A stretch of 63,839 nucleotides of DNA, filler included, from Collodictyon triciliatum (lineage: Eukaryota): NCBI GenBank assembly GCA_043381765.1. It is 9 parts of 9 records of this genome, joined end to end, with 100 filler letters (N's around TTAATTAATTAA, not from the genome) between each part and the next. Parts side by side here need not be neighbours in the genome. Positions count along the whole stretch, not along the records: positions 41,582 to 51,847 come from JBHJMP010002737.1; positions 51,948 to 59,497 come from JBHJMP010002738.1; 7 more parts are not named here. One strand, written 5' to 3'. Every line of letters starts with the position of its first letter. Position 1 is the first letter of the stretch. The notes under the pieces are model-generated. The model worked only from the letters and a program-made list of their open reading frames with translations. It had not been told where the DNA came from and did no database searches. This document shows positions 43,169-55,361 of the stretch, in pieces. The translations under genes were made by a program, and so were the position numbers.

Positions 43169-46100
43169 TTATTTGGCAAAGGCGTTGTGGAGGAAGCTCT
43201 CGAGCTCCTTCTCGTGCTTGGACAGCCAACCCGTGGCCGGGGATGCGGACGGGGCGCGGCCCAGGTAACGCTAGATGTGAGGGGGCAAGCGATTCGACAT
43301 TCAGTGGGATTCACCCTTGCAAGTTTTCTGTTCTTTTTTCTTCTGCCTCTGAAATATCGCGTCGTATGAATATGCATGTCTTAGAATGAAAGCTGCTCAC
43401 GGGCCGGATGTCGTTGTTGAGGGCAGTCTCGAAGCGAGGCGAAACGTAGAACCATGCACCCATGTTCTGCGGCTCTTCCTGGCACCAAGCGAGCTCGGCC
43501 TGCGTGGGGAATGGTTGGTGATGAGTGGCCTGGATTGCAGATGCAGAATCTTTTTCCCTCAAGAACAAAAAAAAAAAAAAAAGAAGTATGCATGGTGAGA
43601 AGCAGCGGGTTGGAGGGTAAAATAAATCGCTACACGAGGATATTTGGCGAACTCCTGGGCAACTAGGGCGTAGGGGAAGGGGCAGATTTGCTCGACGCGA
43701 ATAAGTGCGACGTCCTTTGCGTGTCCCTGGTCAGCGAGGGTCTGGCGGCGCTTCAGGAGGTCAAAGTACACTTTTCCAGAGCAGAAAATCACTCGGCGGA
43801 CCTGTAGGACGGGAATAGATGAGTTTATCAATAGCTTTGCTTTGGGTGCGCCGGGAAGATGCTGCTAGGGTTAGTTATGTTTGATGTCGAACTTGTGCTC
43901 TTACCTTGTCCCCGCTAACAAGGTCGGGTTCCGTTTCTGTGAATTAAAATAGAGAAGAAAAAAAGTAAAGCAGGGGGTTTTAAAATTGGCGAAGTGGTGA
44001 GTGGGTAATCTTGTACGCATCCTTGAACTGAGCTATGGCTGGCTAGATAATAGACGAAGATAATATTTGGGCGTAGAGTATTAGAAAGAAAAAAAAAGAC
44101 CAGGAATCAAGCGACGGAATAAGTTTTGAGGGCCCATTTCCTCGATCTTCGAGCTGGCACCCTTGAAACGAAGCAGCGACTTGGGGCTCATGACAACAAG
44201 GGGCTTTCGGAACTCGCTTTTGTGATATGTGTTTGAATTGTGAGCAAGCAGTGCTTTTTCTTGTAAGCTCATGCTTACTTTTGTGTCCGATATTTTGTTA
44301 GCTTTTTTTTTTTTTGACTATGGATTTCTACGACTTCTGCTTTAGAAGTTGCTACAAGGTTGCACAGCGATGTAAGAGAAATATAAAATAAATAATCATT
44401 CACCGATGAACTTGGCGGCGGAGAGCGTGGTAGTAATTGGCAGCAGATGTGATGTTAACAACAGCCCAATTGGCTTCCTGGTGCTCGTACTCTCCACCAG
44501 CCTTCGTAGTATAGAAATAATATCACGATTAAGATTATTTTTTTCAATTGACATTGCGCGAGGATAAGAAAACAAGGCAGGACGGCAAAATGTGAGAGGA
44601 CAGAGCCATAGAAAATGAAGTAAATATAGGAAACAAGTATAAAAGCGTTGTGGAGCATTTGGTTCGTGGGAGTATTTCGGCCACCTTGGTCGGGTCGTCG
44701 CTGCAGAGTTGAAGATAACGCTCCAGGCGCGCATTGCTGTGCTCAGGACCTCCGCCGTCATATCCGTGGGGAAGGAGCATGACGAGTCCGCTCTGGCGCA
44801 GCCACTTGTTCTCACCAGACGACACAAACTGATCAATCATGACCTGAGCGCCGTTGGCAAAGTCTCCAAACTGGGCTTCCCACAACACAAGCGCGTTGGG
44901 ATTTTCCATGCTGTAGCCTGTTGCATGAGAAAGGATGAGTGAAAGTGTAGCGAGTGTTGTATTAAGGAGGTCTCCATGGTTTTTTCTCGATTTTTTAGAA
45001 GCCATTGGCGTGTGATATGCCAACCCACCGAGCTCAAAGCCAAGAACGCCAAATTCTGATAGGTTGCTGTTGTGGACATGGAAGTCTGCAGCGCGTCCCT
45101 CCAGGTGCTCAAGGAAAGTGTATGGCTCTCCCGTTTTCTGGTCAAAGACAGACGCGTGACGATGGCTGAAAGTACCTCGAACAACATCCTGGCCGCTTTT
45201 TAATTGTAAATAACATAGTAAGGATGGGCGAAAGCGATGCACATAGACTTTAAAAAAAATTAATGACGCGCACTGATTGGTTCAATACATATATATTAGT
45301 CTCGAAAACTACCTCAGACGAACATGGTTTCCTTCAAGAAGGAGGGTTCCGAAGGCGAGACCTTCGGCAGTAGCCCTAATAAGTATCGTGTTTAGAAAAG
45401 GTCTCTAAGTAAAAAAAAAAAAAAAGTAAATAAATAAATAAATAATGGATATTTAGCCAAGTTTTTTTCGAACCCCAACATGAATTATAGTTTCTAATTT
45501 GATCTGATACGAAAATATAGGTAGCAGTGAAAAGAAAAATATTACCAATCGATCTCTTCACCAGTGTTGACTGAGTTCAGTTTTTGCTGGAAAATCTTTC
45601 CTAGGTTTCGGTGGATATTGAAGTCTGAGGGAAAGGTAGACACGGCCTTTCCTACCTTTTGAAGTAGATCTAAAAACCCAAAGTCGACAAAATAGAGTTG
45701 GTTGGTATATCGTCCGTTCTTGTTTTCTTCACATCCAGGTTGAAAAGGAAACAAAAGAAAATATTGAGTGAGGTACTGATGTCAGTTAGTAAACCCATGC
45801 AATTGGTCTACCTATGCGAACACCAGTGTCCTTGATGCGAGCAAGCTGTCGGTTTCCCTTGAAATCTACAAGGAAAACACATTAATGAGAAAACATTCTC
45901 TGTGCATTTTTTCTCAAACATTTAAGTAACGTTGTTTTGGGTTGTAATAGTCTTACTAGCCCAGTAGGAATCGAGCCAGTCGCGCTTGAGAGACTTTTGA
46001 TATTCGGGAATGGTTAAGAATGCATCTCCATATACCTGTTGGGAAAAAAAAGTGATGATAAAGTCGTGAAACATGTGACGTGGAACGGGAAATGGCAGTT

Positions 46101-49100
46101 ACGAGAATTTCAAGTGTCGTATCTGGAATATCACAAAGATAAGAGAATAAACTCTTGAATTAGGATAATACCTTGTTGACGTCACTCTTAAGTTTTTCAT
46201 AGTCCGCAGCAGTAATCACGCCCTCTTCGATGAGCTTTTGGGCATATATGTCCTATATTTGGATGTGATTGAAAATTAACAATGTTCACATATACAGATG
46301 CTTCGGTAAGATCATAATCGTGACATAAAGCTATAGAGGATATGCAATTCCCTTTATTTAAAATTTTTTATTGTGTATTGTTATGTAGGGAAAAAAACCA
46401 TGGTGGATGGATGTTTATCGATCTTGTGATACATAAGCGGCTGAGTGAACAATGGCGTATCTCCTTCGTTGTGCCCACGTCGGCGGTAGCAAACAATATC
46501 AAGGACGACATCCTTCTTGAACTTCTTGCGCCAGTCGGCAGCCAGTGTGCTGACGAAATGCTGGTATGGACATGGAAAAAAATGTGAAGCATAATCCAGG
46601 TTGGGGTCCCTATGCTTTAACAAGTTGGTAATGCTAATGTGTAGACGAGATAGGTAAACGTTGCTTACGACAGCCTCTGGGTCATCTCCGTTCACATGGA
46701 AGATGGGCACATTGAAGCCCTTAGCCACGTCTGAGCAATAAGGTGAAGACCTGAGCGACTTGGGATCTGTCGTGAAACCTGCATACATCGAATCACATAG
46801 GGTTACATTATTGTATCTGGTAAATATGTACCATGGATGATTTCTATAACAGAGAAGGAAAGGAACCGAGACTGTATTTTTACATGAAGAAAGAAAAAAA
46901 ACGCGGAAGGATTCTGGCGTGTATATACCGATTTGGTTGTTGATAATAAAGTGGACAGTTCCTCCGACAGTATATCCATGCAGCCCGTTCAATTCCATTG
47001 TCTCATAGACAATACCTTGGCCACTGAAGGCGGCGTCTCCGTGGACAAGCATACTGTGAGGAATACCATGAACATGTAAAGCGGGATTAATACAATATGG
47101 AGATGATGATTTTATCCAGACTTTACAGGATACTGGATGGATGTATACCCAGAATAATATTTGGTAAAATTTAGGGCACAAAATATAACCTCAACGTCTG
47201 GTCGCGTGTCTTGTCCCCGAGATAGTATTGTTTAGCACGAGTTTTCCCAAGCACGACTGGGTTCACTGCTTCAAGGTGAGACGGATTTGCAAGGATCGAA
47301 ATGCGGACCTGGATTATTGGTACTGAGTTTGCTACACCACTCACATATTTGGTTTCATTTAACGTAGAATCATTGAAGCAATCCTTGTGCTTTTTTTCTC
47401 TCGGATGTGTGGCTCATCCGGATATAAAGAAAGTTGAATTGGGTTGGGTTGGGTTGGGTTGGGTTGGGTGGAGTATACCTTCTTTCCATTTCTGAGTGTT
47501 CGCTCACGGGACATTCCAAGGTGGTACTTTACATCGCCTATGAGGTTGTGCATTTACAAGTCATGATGAAGGATAAATATGGGTAAGGTGACTGTCTTTT
47601 AATCAACAAGCTCGAGATAGATGCTTGAAATGGTACCTGAACCCTCTGTTGACGTCTCATCGAAAGAGCGACCTTGGAAGTCAGCAAATATGTCACCCAG
47701 GGGCTTGCGCACGACGTTTCCAAGAACATTGAGTCTGTTTGTTGGTATTTAGCTACATATATTGAGGAGATAAATTAAGTACATCACATTTGAGTAAGAA
47801 GTTACCTTCCGCGGTGAGCCATGCCCATGACGAAGTTAGAGACTCCGTGGTCAGCCGATGCGTCGATGACTGCTTTCATGGATAAAATAAAACTTTCGCC
47901 TCCCTCAATACCAAACCGTTTCTGGTTGGGATACTTTATGCTGAGGAAATGCTACATTTTAAGTTTAAAGAATGTGAGGATAGATGGAGAGAGAAAAATA
48001 GATAAAGGTTAATCCAGCCTCTCAATATATACAGTGAATTCAAAAAAAAAAAAGCATCCTAAGAACCTCGAACTGGTCGGCAAAGACGAGTCTTTCAAGA
48101 ATCGATACTTTTTCTTCTTTGGAATAAGAGTGAGCAGATGCTGTCTCGATCTATCAGTAGAGATATGATTTAATAGGAATAAGAACATGAAATGGGCCTT
48201 CGACTGAAGAAAAGCTATAACATTATGGCTTGGGATTCAAAAATAAATAGAGTGGTGCAGTACCCTTTCTCTTAGCCAGTTGCACTCAACACGGTCTGGA
48301 ATGTGCATGTACTCATAACCGATAGACTTTGCGTATGTTTCCTGAACGCGTCCAATGAGTTGGCGAAGCGAGGAATTTGGGAAGGCTGTTAAGAAGATGT
48401 GTTATTAACAAAACAATAGAGGGGACTGTTATGACTACAAGTTGTGTTTCGATGATGAAATTACAGTTTCCCAGATATCCTGCAACTTGGTCGCTGTGGA
48501 AATTGACTTTCGCGTCGAGCTCAGAATCGGTGAAGTTATAAGACGAAGGGTTCAATTCCTGTAGAATGGATTCTGTGCGTTAGAATCTTGAAGAGGTCGA
48601 CAATTAAGCGGTCTTCTAGAGGGACAAATATATTTATATATATCTCGCCACCTTAGCTTAATATAGTTTGCTCAATGTCATTTACCAACCTTGATACTGG
48701 ATATGGGTTTGCGTGATTCATCAAGCCCCAAGGGATCGAGAGATGCGGCGTTGTGGCCGCGGACTTGGTATGCGCGGATAAATTCGATGGCTGTAATGAA
48801 TTGAACGGCGTTTCAGAATAAATTAGGTTGTTTGGGACTAAAACCTTTTTTTTTCGATTTCATTTCAGTTTATTTGACATGTTCGACAAGGTTTGGGACT
48901 AATACTTGAAATACAATTATCTCGTATATCACGGTACAGGAGAGCCTTTGAAATATGCGCATGTGCAACAAAAAGAATATGGTGAATTTGGGAGTGGGAA
49001 TACCTCGAGTCTTCAAGTCTGACAGATTATCGGCTTCTGATGAACTCGGCGTTGCAGATGACGAACTAGCGCGCTATGAAATTAATAAATGGTATAAAAA

Positions 49101-49965
49101 AAAGACAGAACAACAAGACGAGTCAGGGTAAAGAAAAGAAAACAGCAAAAAAAAAAATGTAGAATAGTCTAAGCAGTTAAAGGAATAGTTGTGTGTTAAA
49201 CTCTTAAATATATATTCCGCTCGGTGGAATAGTGCAGAGAAGGAACCTGAACGTGAACATTGACGGTCGAAGGGTGGCCACTTTCGATGTCGCGGAAGTA
49301 TCTCTGGAGACTCGAGTTGACAGAAGACGGATCGGCCTTCCACTTGAAGTACATGTCCTCCAGATAGTTGCTACACAGAACCGGTTGAGAGAAGACTACG
49401 GGAGGACACAAGAAGCAGCATCAAAGCAAATTCTTTTTGCCGGCAGCAAGAGAGGCGGGAATAAAGACCGCGCAAAACCTGTCTGTTCCAGTGGGAGACG
49501 CAACTGAGTAATGTTTGGCCAGAGTCGGGGCAGAAGGCGTCTTTGGCGAGAGAGGAAGAGGCAGTGAGTTTTGAGTAGAGTCAACAACCCCGATTGTATA
49601 TGAGTATTTGTTGCTGGGGCGCAGGTTTTTGCTGTCGATCTGGTAGAAAGTGGCTTACCCGGACATAGCGACTCAGACGTCCGTTCCTAAGGCCAACAAG
49701 GTATGGTCAGTATCGTGTACTCTGGTTAGAATACTTCCTTATGGCACAATAGAGAAGCCATCACATGAGAGCAGCAGTATAAACTGAACAGCGGCTAAGA
49801 GTAATGAAAATCATGAAAAGCCAACAAAAAAAAAAATGAAAGATCCAAAGAGAATAAGAAAAGAAAACAATAGAAAAGAAAAGAAAAGAAAAGAAAGAGA
49901 GCTAAATTCCAGAGGACAGAGACAAACCCAAGGCCGAAGGGACGCCCGAGCATGAAGCGGGACAT
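43169..49965 (-). CDS. OGDH: 2-oxoglutarate dehydrogenase E1, mitochondrial
   Basis: Presequence-like [127 protein letters not shown] points to OGDH rather than DHTKD1. Confidence 0.97.
47439..47470. repeat. (TGGGT)n repeat in OGDH intron
   Basis: Direct tandem pentamer. Confidence 0.85.
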
Positions 49966-50019
49966 CGCAGAACCTGCATCAGACAAAATGTATTTTCTTA
50001 TGCGATGGAGAGTGAAAGT

Positions 50020-50094
50020 GAGAAAGAGAAAGAGAAAGAGAAAGAGAAAGAGAAAGAGAAAGAGAAAGAGAAAGAGAAAGAGAAAGAGAAAGAG
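50020..50094. repeat. (GAGAAA)n microsatellite just upstream of the OGDH ATG
   Basis: Direct tandem hexamer. Confidence 0.95.
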
Positions 50095-50673
50095 GAAGAA
50101 ACAGGAGATCCCCCGAAGTGGAAGATAGCTGCCTTTGAGGGGCGAGAGAGGGCGCTTCTGCGGCTCCGGTACGCGAGTCTGCCTCAACCTATCCCCGCTT
50201 CCCACGGGTCTCAGAGCAGGTCCACTGCGCAGGCAGAGGCCGTGTGACCGCTGCAGCCGCAAAGCCCCCCACCGCCTCTGCTTTGATCCATCCGCCTTTC
50301 TCTCCTGCGCGCGACTGAAAGCTGACCGCTTATTCGGCAGGAACATTCAAAGAAATTGAAGGAAACAGGATGCGTTCGTCATGAGGTGTCGTCACTCTAT
50401 GCGTCATAATATTCATCCAAAATAGTATTTTTATTTGAATAGACGGTAAAACAATCCAATTATGTATGCAGTGGGCACATGCTTGTATCGAATTTATTTT
50501 CTATAATTGGAATTTATTTCTAACAACCATCTATACACCATAGATCGGCTCGCATCCTTTGCAAATTGCTGTGAACCTACCAACACCCGTTTGCTTCGTT
50601 GTTCTTGTTTTCTGCCGGTATATATGTTTTTAGCCATCGGACTTTTTCTTTATTGCGCAACGGGAATGCCCTG

Positions 50674-51583
50674 TCAAGATTCTGCGTCATACACTATGTA
50701 GGAGGATTTCCAGCCACACGATATGCTGTGGACGCGTCGGTCTCTGAGGACTTCATCTTGAAGAATCTGCTGTGATGCTTTGTCGGATCCAAACGAATAA
50801 ACTGAATTCCCATCTGTGTGATTCATAAGAATGATTGTTAACTGTTTTACACCTACTGTAAAGTATAAAAGCTTTTAACACTCCTTTTTTTTTTCTAATT
50901 ATGGGGTCCAGTGAAACATGTAATTGTATCAAATCAACAACATTGCGAATGCCAAACATGTCATTTCAATCGGGATTATGATTGTGACAGTCTAGTGTAG
51001 TTACCGTCAACAAAGACTGAATGATGTAGTCCACAGGAGGCCATTTCGATATTGGCTTCAAGCGTCTGGTAAGGTGCAAAATAACAGAACAGAAAAGACA
51101 AAATTTGCAGAATCACAACTTGTCAATCATACAATATGGCTTGAATATAACGCTAAATTACTCACTTCTAGCAACTCCGGAGAACTTAAGATTTCGTCAA
51201 AACTAGACCCGAATTTACCATTTGTCGCGTCGCCGAACACATACACATCCCGGCAATCTGCAAAGTATAAAACAACCAGTGTGGCAGAGTTTCACTGAGG
51301 GAATAGGGAAAAAAATAAGAAAGCTGGCTGGCTGTTGAGCAATTTTTCTTCACGGATAGGAGGTTGAATGTCGAGCAATTTACCTGTTATACATATCGAT
51401 GCCTTTGGCCCACAAATGACATTTTCAACTAATATAAAGACATTCTTCAAATTCATTGCACATCAACGAATATGTAGTAACAAAAACAGAGTGAATACCA
51501 ACCTTTTAAGCCTTCCAAGCCGGAAATCAGAGTAGGTGTTTCCTCACCTCGAATCTCCTCAATACCAAGTTGCCCGTAAAATC
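50674..51583 (-). CDS. RCC1-repeat (7-bladed propeller) protein, 3' exons
   Basis: Short exons missed by the ORF track splice to FYGQLGIEEIRGEETPTLISGLEGLKVENVICGPKASICITDCRDVYVFGDATNGKFG...IEMASCGLHHSVFVDDGNSVYSFG...VHSISCGWKSSYIVYDAES*. Confidence 0.85.
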
Positions 51584-51747
51584 CTTAGTTTCGATTGAGA
51601 AATATTCAGTAAAAGACAAAATACTTTTAATACAGAAGTGCTAACTTTCGAAACAGTAAGACGAGGAGGAACTATCAGCACCATCAATTTTATTTAATAA
51701 ACTTTGTTTCAATAGGCTGTTGGATAAGGGTTTCTCAAAGTAGGAAT

Positions 51748-51847
<100 letters not shown>

Positions 51848-52403
51848 NNNNNNNNNNNNNNNNNNNNNNNNNNNNNNNNNNNNNNNNNNNNTTAATTAAT
51901 TAANNNNNNNNNNNNNNNNNNNNNNNNNNNNNNNNNNNNNNNNNNNNAAAAAAACAAAAAAAAAGAAAAAAAAAAAAAAGTACAAAAAAAGAACAAAAAA
52001 AGAACAAAAAAAGAACAAAAAAAAAGAACAAAAAAGAACAAAAAAATACAAATGAGATTACTCAGCTTGCCCGATGATCTGTTCGAAAGACTATCTTTCT
52101 CTTGAATAAAAAGAATTATCATATATCGCTCTAAAAAAACAACGTAAATACCTGCCTAATAATGCGCGTTTCTTCTTGTAAACGATGTACAGCAACAATT
52201 GGTATGTTTGCAGTTAAATGAAATCAGCCTCAAATAATCAAAATCGCAATCTCAAATCCTTTACAGAAAAAATACCACAACCTCAATTTTTTCCTCCTTC
52301 TCCATAATGATATAATTCATACCAACATTATGTGACATATTGAATCGTACCAAAAAGCACTGCAATTTATATCGGTCATTATTTTCTAAAATCTGCATCA
52401 TAG

Positions 52404-55308
52404 ATGATTGTCCCTGCTGGATGCCACTCATGGTCCGCCGAAGTTGTAAAGGTGACATGCGCTATATATGATTGCATTCTTACCGATACGCTTAGGTCAT
52501 TCTTTCACACATGCGATAAATAGATTCATATGCTCTCTCCTTACCTGTTACTTTTATTTGTTGATATGTAATTCAAATATCTCGTAATTTGCGCTCCTGA
52601 AATACTTGCTACTATGACTATTGCCGAATCTGATTATTGTCATTATCATTGTCATTATCATTGTCATTATCATTGTCATTATCATTGTCATTATCATTGT
52701 CATTGTCATTGTCATTGTCATTGTCATTGTCATTAATATTTCATCAAATTTCATCAATATTTCTTTACTCTGGTCGGAATCTAAAAAAAAAAAAACTTGC
52801 TGACTGCAAAAAAACTTAATTCTTCCCTTGAATCAAATAAATGAATATTTATTTTTTGCTATCCTCATATCCTTAACTGGCTATTTTGATGAGGATTTCC
52901 TTTATAATTACTACTATACTTTTACTTAATATTTTTCTCCGATGTAGGCATCTCACTCTCACTTTGGGTTCTGCTCAACTCTTGCTGTCTACATATACTC
53001 GTTGACCAGCTATGAATTGCAACATATTCTTGCAGGAAGTGAAAAAACTCTTATGGACATGACCTGGTATTTCCTCATCCGCATGCGTTGCCCAATAGAG
53101 GTCTAATTTACAGAAAATAATCTACGTAAACCACGATATTCTGGCTACTGAAGGAAGGAAATGAATAAAATCCTAGGAACCCACACGACGAAAATCAAAT
53201 AGCTGTTTCGTCAATGGATTCAAATATTGTAATTTGGGACCTACTTTCAGCCAAGAAACACAAAATACTTCGAGTACCATTGCCTGCATCAAATATTACT
53301 TGGTCTCCATTGGATCGCAACATAATAGCGTATTCCACAACCAAATGTATAGTTTTTTTGTCTCCATATCTATGTGCCATATTATTCCAATAAGTTCTAC
53401 TTTGATATGAACTACTTAGAGTTTTTCTTGCTAAAACATCATGTTTTCCCACTACAAGTGATGTTTTATGAAATTGAGGCAAGCAGATCACAAGTAGTTT
53501 GGGATTTCTCTGAACATGTCACTTGCATTCGATGGTGTCCGTCCAACGTAAGCCATCAACCTAAAGAGCAAGCCACAAACTTATAAATACCCTTTTATAC
53601 CCTCTCTTGGATATGAAATCACCTACCGTCTTGCATCTATGCTCATAAACCACATCATTCAACTCGCAATACAAATCTTTTATTTATGTGGATAAATATA
53701 TAATACCATTATCTTTCTCAGCATTCCCTTTTAGCCGTTGGGACAGTCGGGGGACACATATACATAGTTGACCTTCGGCAAAAAAAGCCAAAGCGTTTAA
53801 ATTGGATTTTTCCTGATTCAGTCCTCGATTTCCAATTTGACCCTTTGTCCACTGCCTACATAATTACTGCATCTGTAAAAAGTGCGCGTTGAATTTATCA
53901 TGATATAATATCTTTTTTTTTTTTAAAAAAAAAATTGTGCTCAAATTTTTCCACAGATTTATCAGACCAAAATAAAAAAAATCATCATGCAAGTCGGTGT
54001 TGATAATAATAAACCTTCGAATACATAATACAGATGAGCTCGTGCTAATTGATATTGAAAGGGACACAGTCGTGACACAATTTGAAAGACCGGGAGGAAG
54101 TTACTTGACTGATATTTTATACAACCAGAGGTAACGCGAATGATATTAATTGTTTGATACATTATAGGGATAAAAAACCTCTCCTGGCATAAGAAAATTC
54201 CGGGATGCTTTATAACGACCGATGAAAAGACAGGAACAATTAGGGTTTGGAACGTAGCATCCAAGTATGTATCTCATTAACAGCCAATCACATTTTTTAT
54301 ACATGCTCTTAAATCAATATCTAATTGTGTGCCATCGATGAATCCTTTAATTAACCAGCTTCTCATAATTCTGCCAGACATTACGTGGATATTGTCCATT
54401 CAAGAGATGTTGGATTCCATGCATTCTATTCTATACCTAACACAGATAAATTTGTATGTGGATTTAAGGATGGAAGTGTGGGGGTATATCTAATTTTCCC
54501 ATTGATAGTAAATGTATAGCAGTGATTACCTGCTCTTCCTCTTATGTTTTTTTTTTCTTGTTCTTGTTCTTGTTTTTTTTCTTGTTTTTTTTTCTTGGTC
54601 TTGTTTTTGTTCTTGTTTTTGTTCTAGTTATGTCCTTTTACAATTTGTGAGGAAATTTAATGAGCTATATCCCAAAGTATAGCATAATACAAAAGATAAC
54701 TTATTCATCTCAATAGGTATACGATTTTCCGAAAAAACGGTGGGAGTTTCTGTCCAGAAGCAATCATATGGAGACGATATTTGATTGTGAAGTAAGTGAA
54801 GGGCAACAGTATGAATGTATCATAATATTTAAAATGATAAATGCCTAGTGTTTACATGTAACAAAAATATGAATTTTCTCTTAACAAACTAGTTCAAGCC
54901 ATCTAACAAAAACTTGCTCGCTACAGCATCTTATGGTACTTCAGATGTACATCTATTTATATTTACATAATTTTTAGTCTCTTAGATGAGGAATATGCAA
55001 TTAATTTTAATCAACTTTGACCAACACGTTTTCATTCTATCCTCGTACGATGCTATCAAAATAATTTTAGACAAGACTATAAAATTCTGGGATGTTATAA
55101 GAATGGAAAACATCGACTATATCGGCGAGCATGATGGACATATTTATGGCATTTCATGGAGCCCAGGTTTCCTAAGTTTTCAATTAGAAAATTCTCATAA
55201 GCGCGAATTGTTCAAACAATCAGGCATTCGAATGGATGGTTTATGGTCTACAATACTCTTGCCAAATCAAGTTTTTTTTCTTCATGTGCGATAAAACCCT
55301 TTTTCAAC

Positions 55309-55361
<53 letters not shown>

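Noticed and set aside
47439-47470. (TGGGT)n as an interstitial telomere or functional G-quadruplex
   Set aside because: Short, not a recognised telomeric unit, and one of many intronic SSRs
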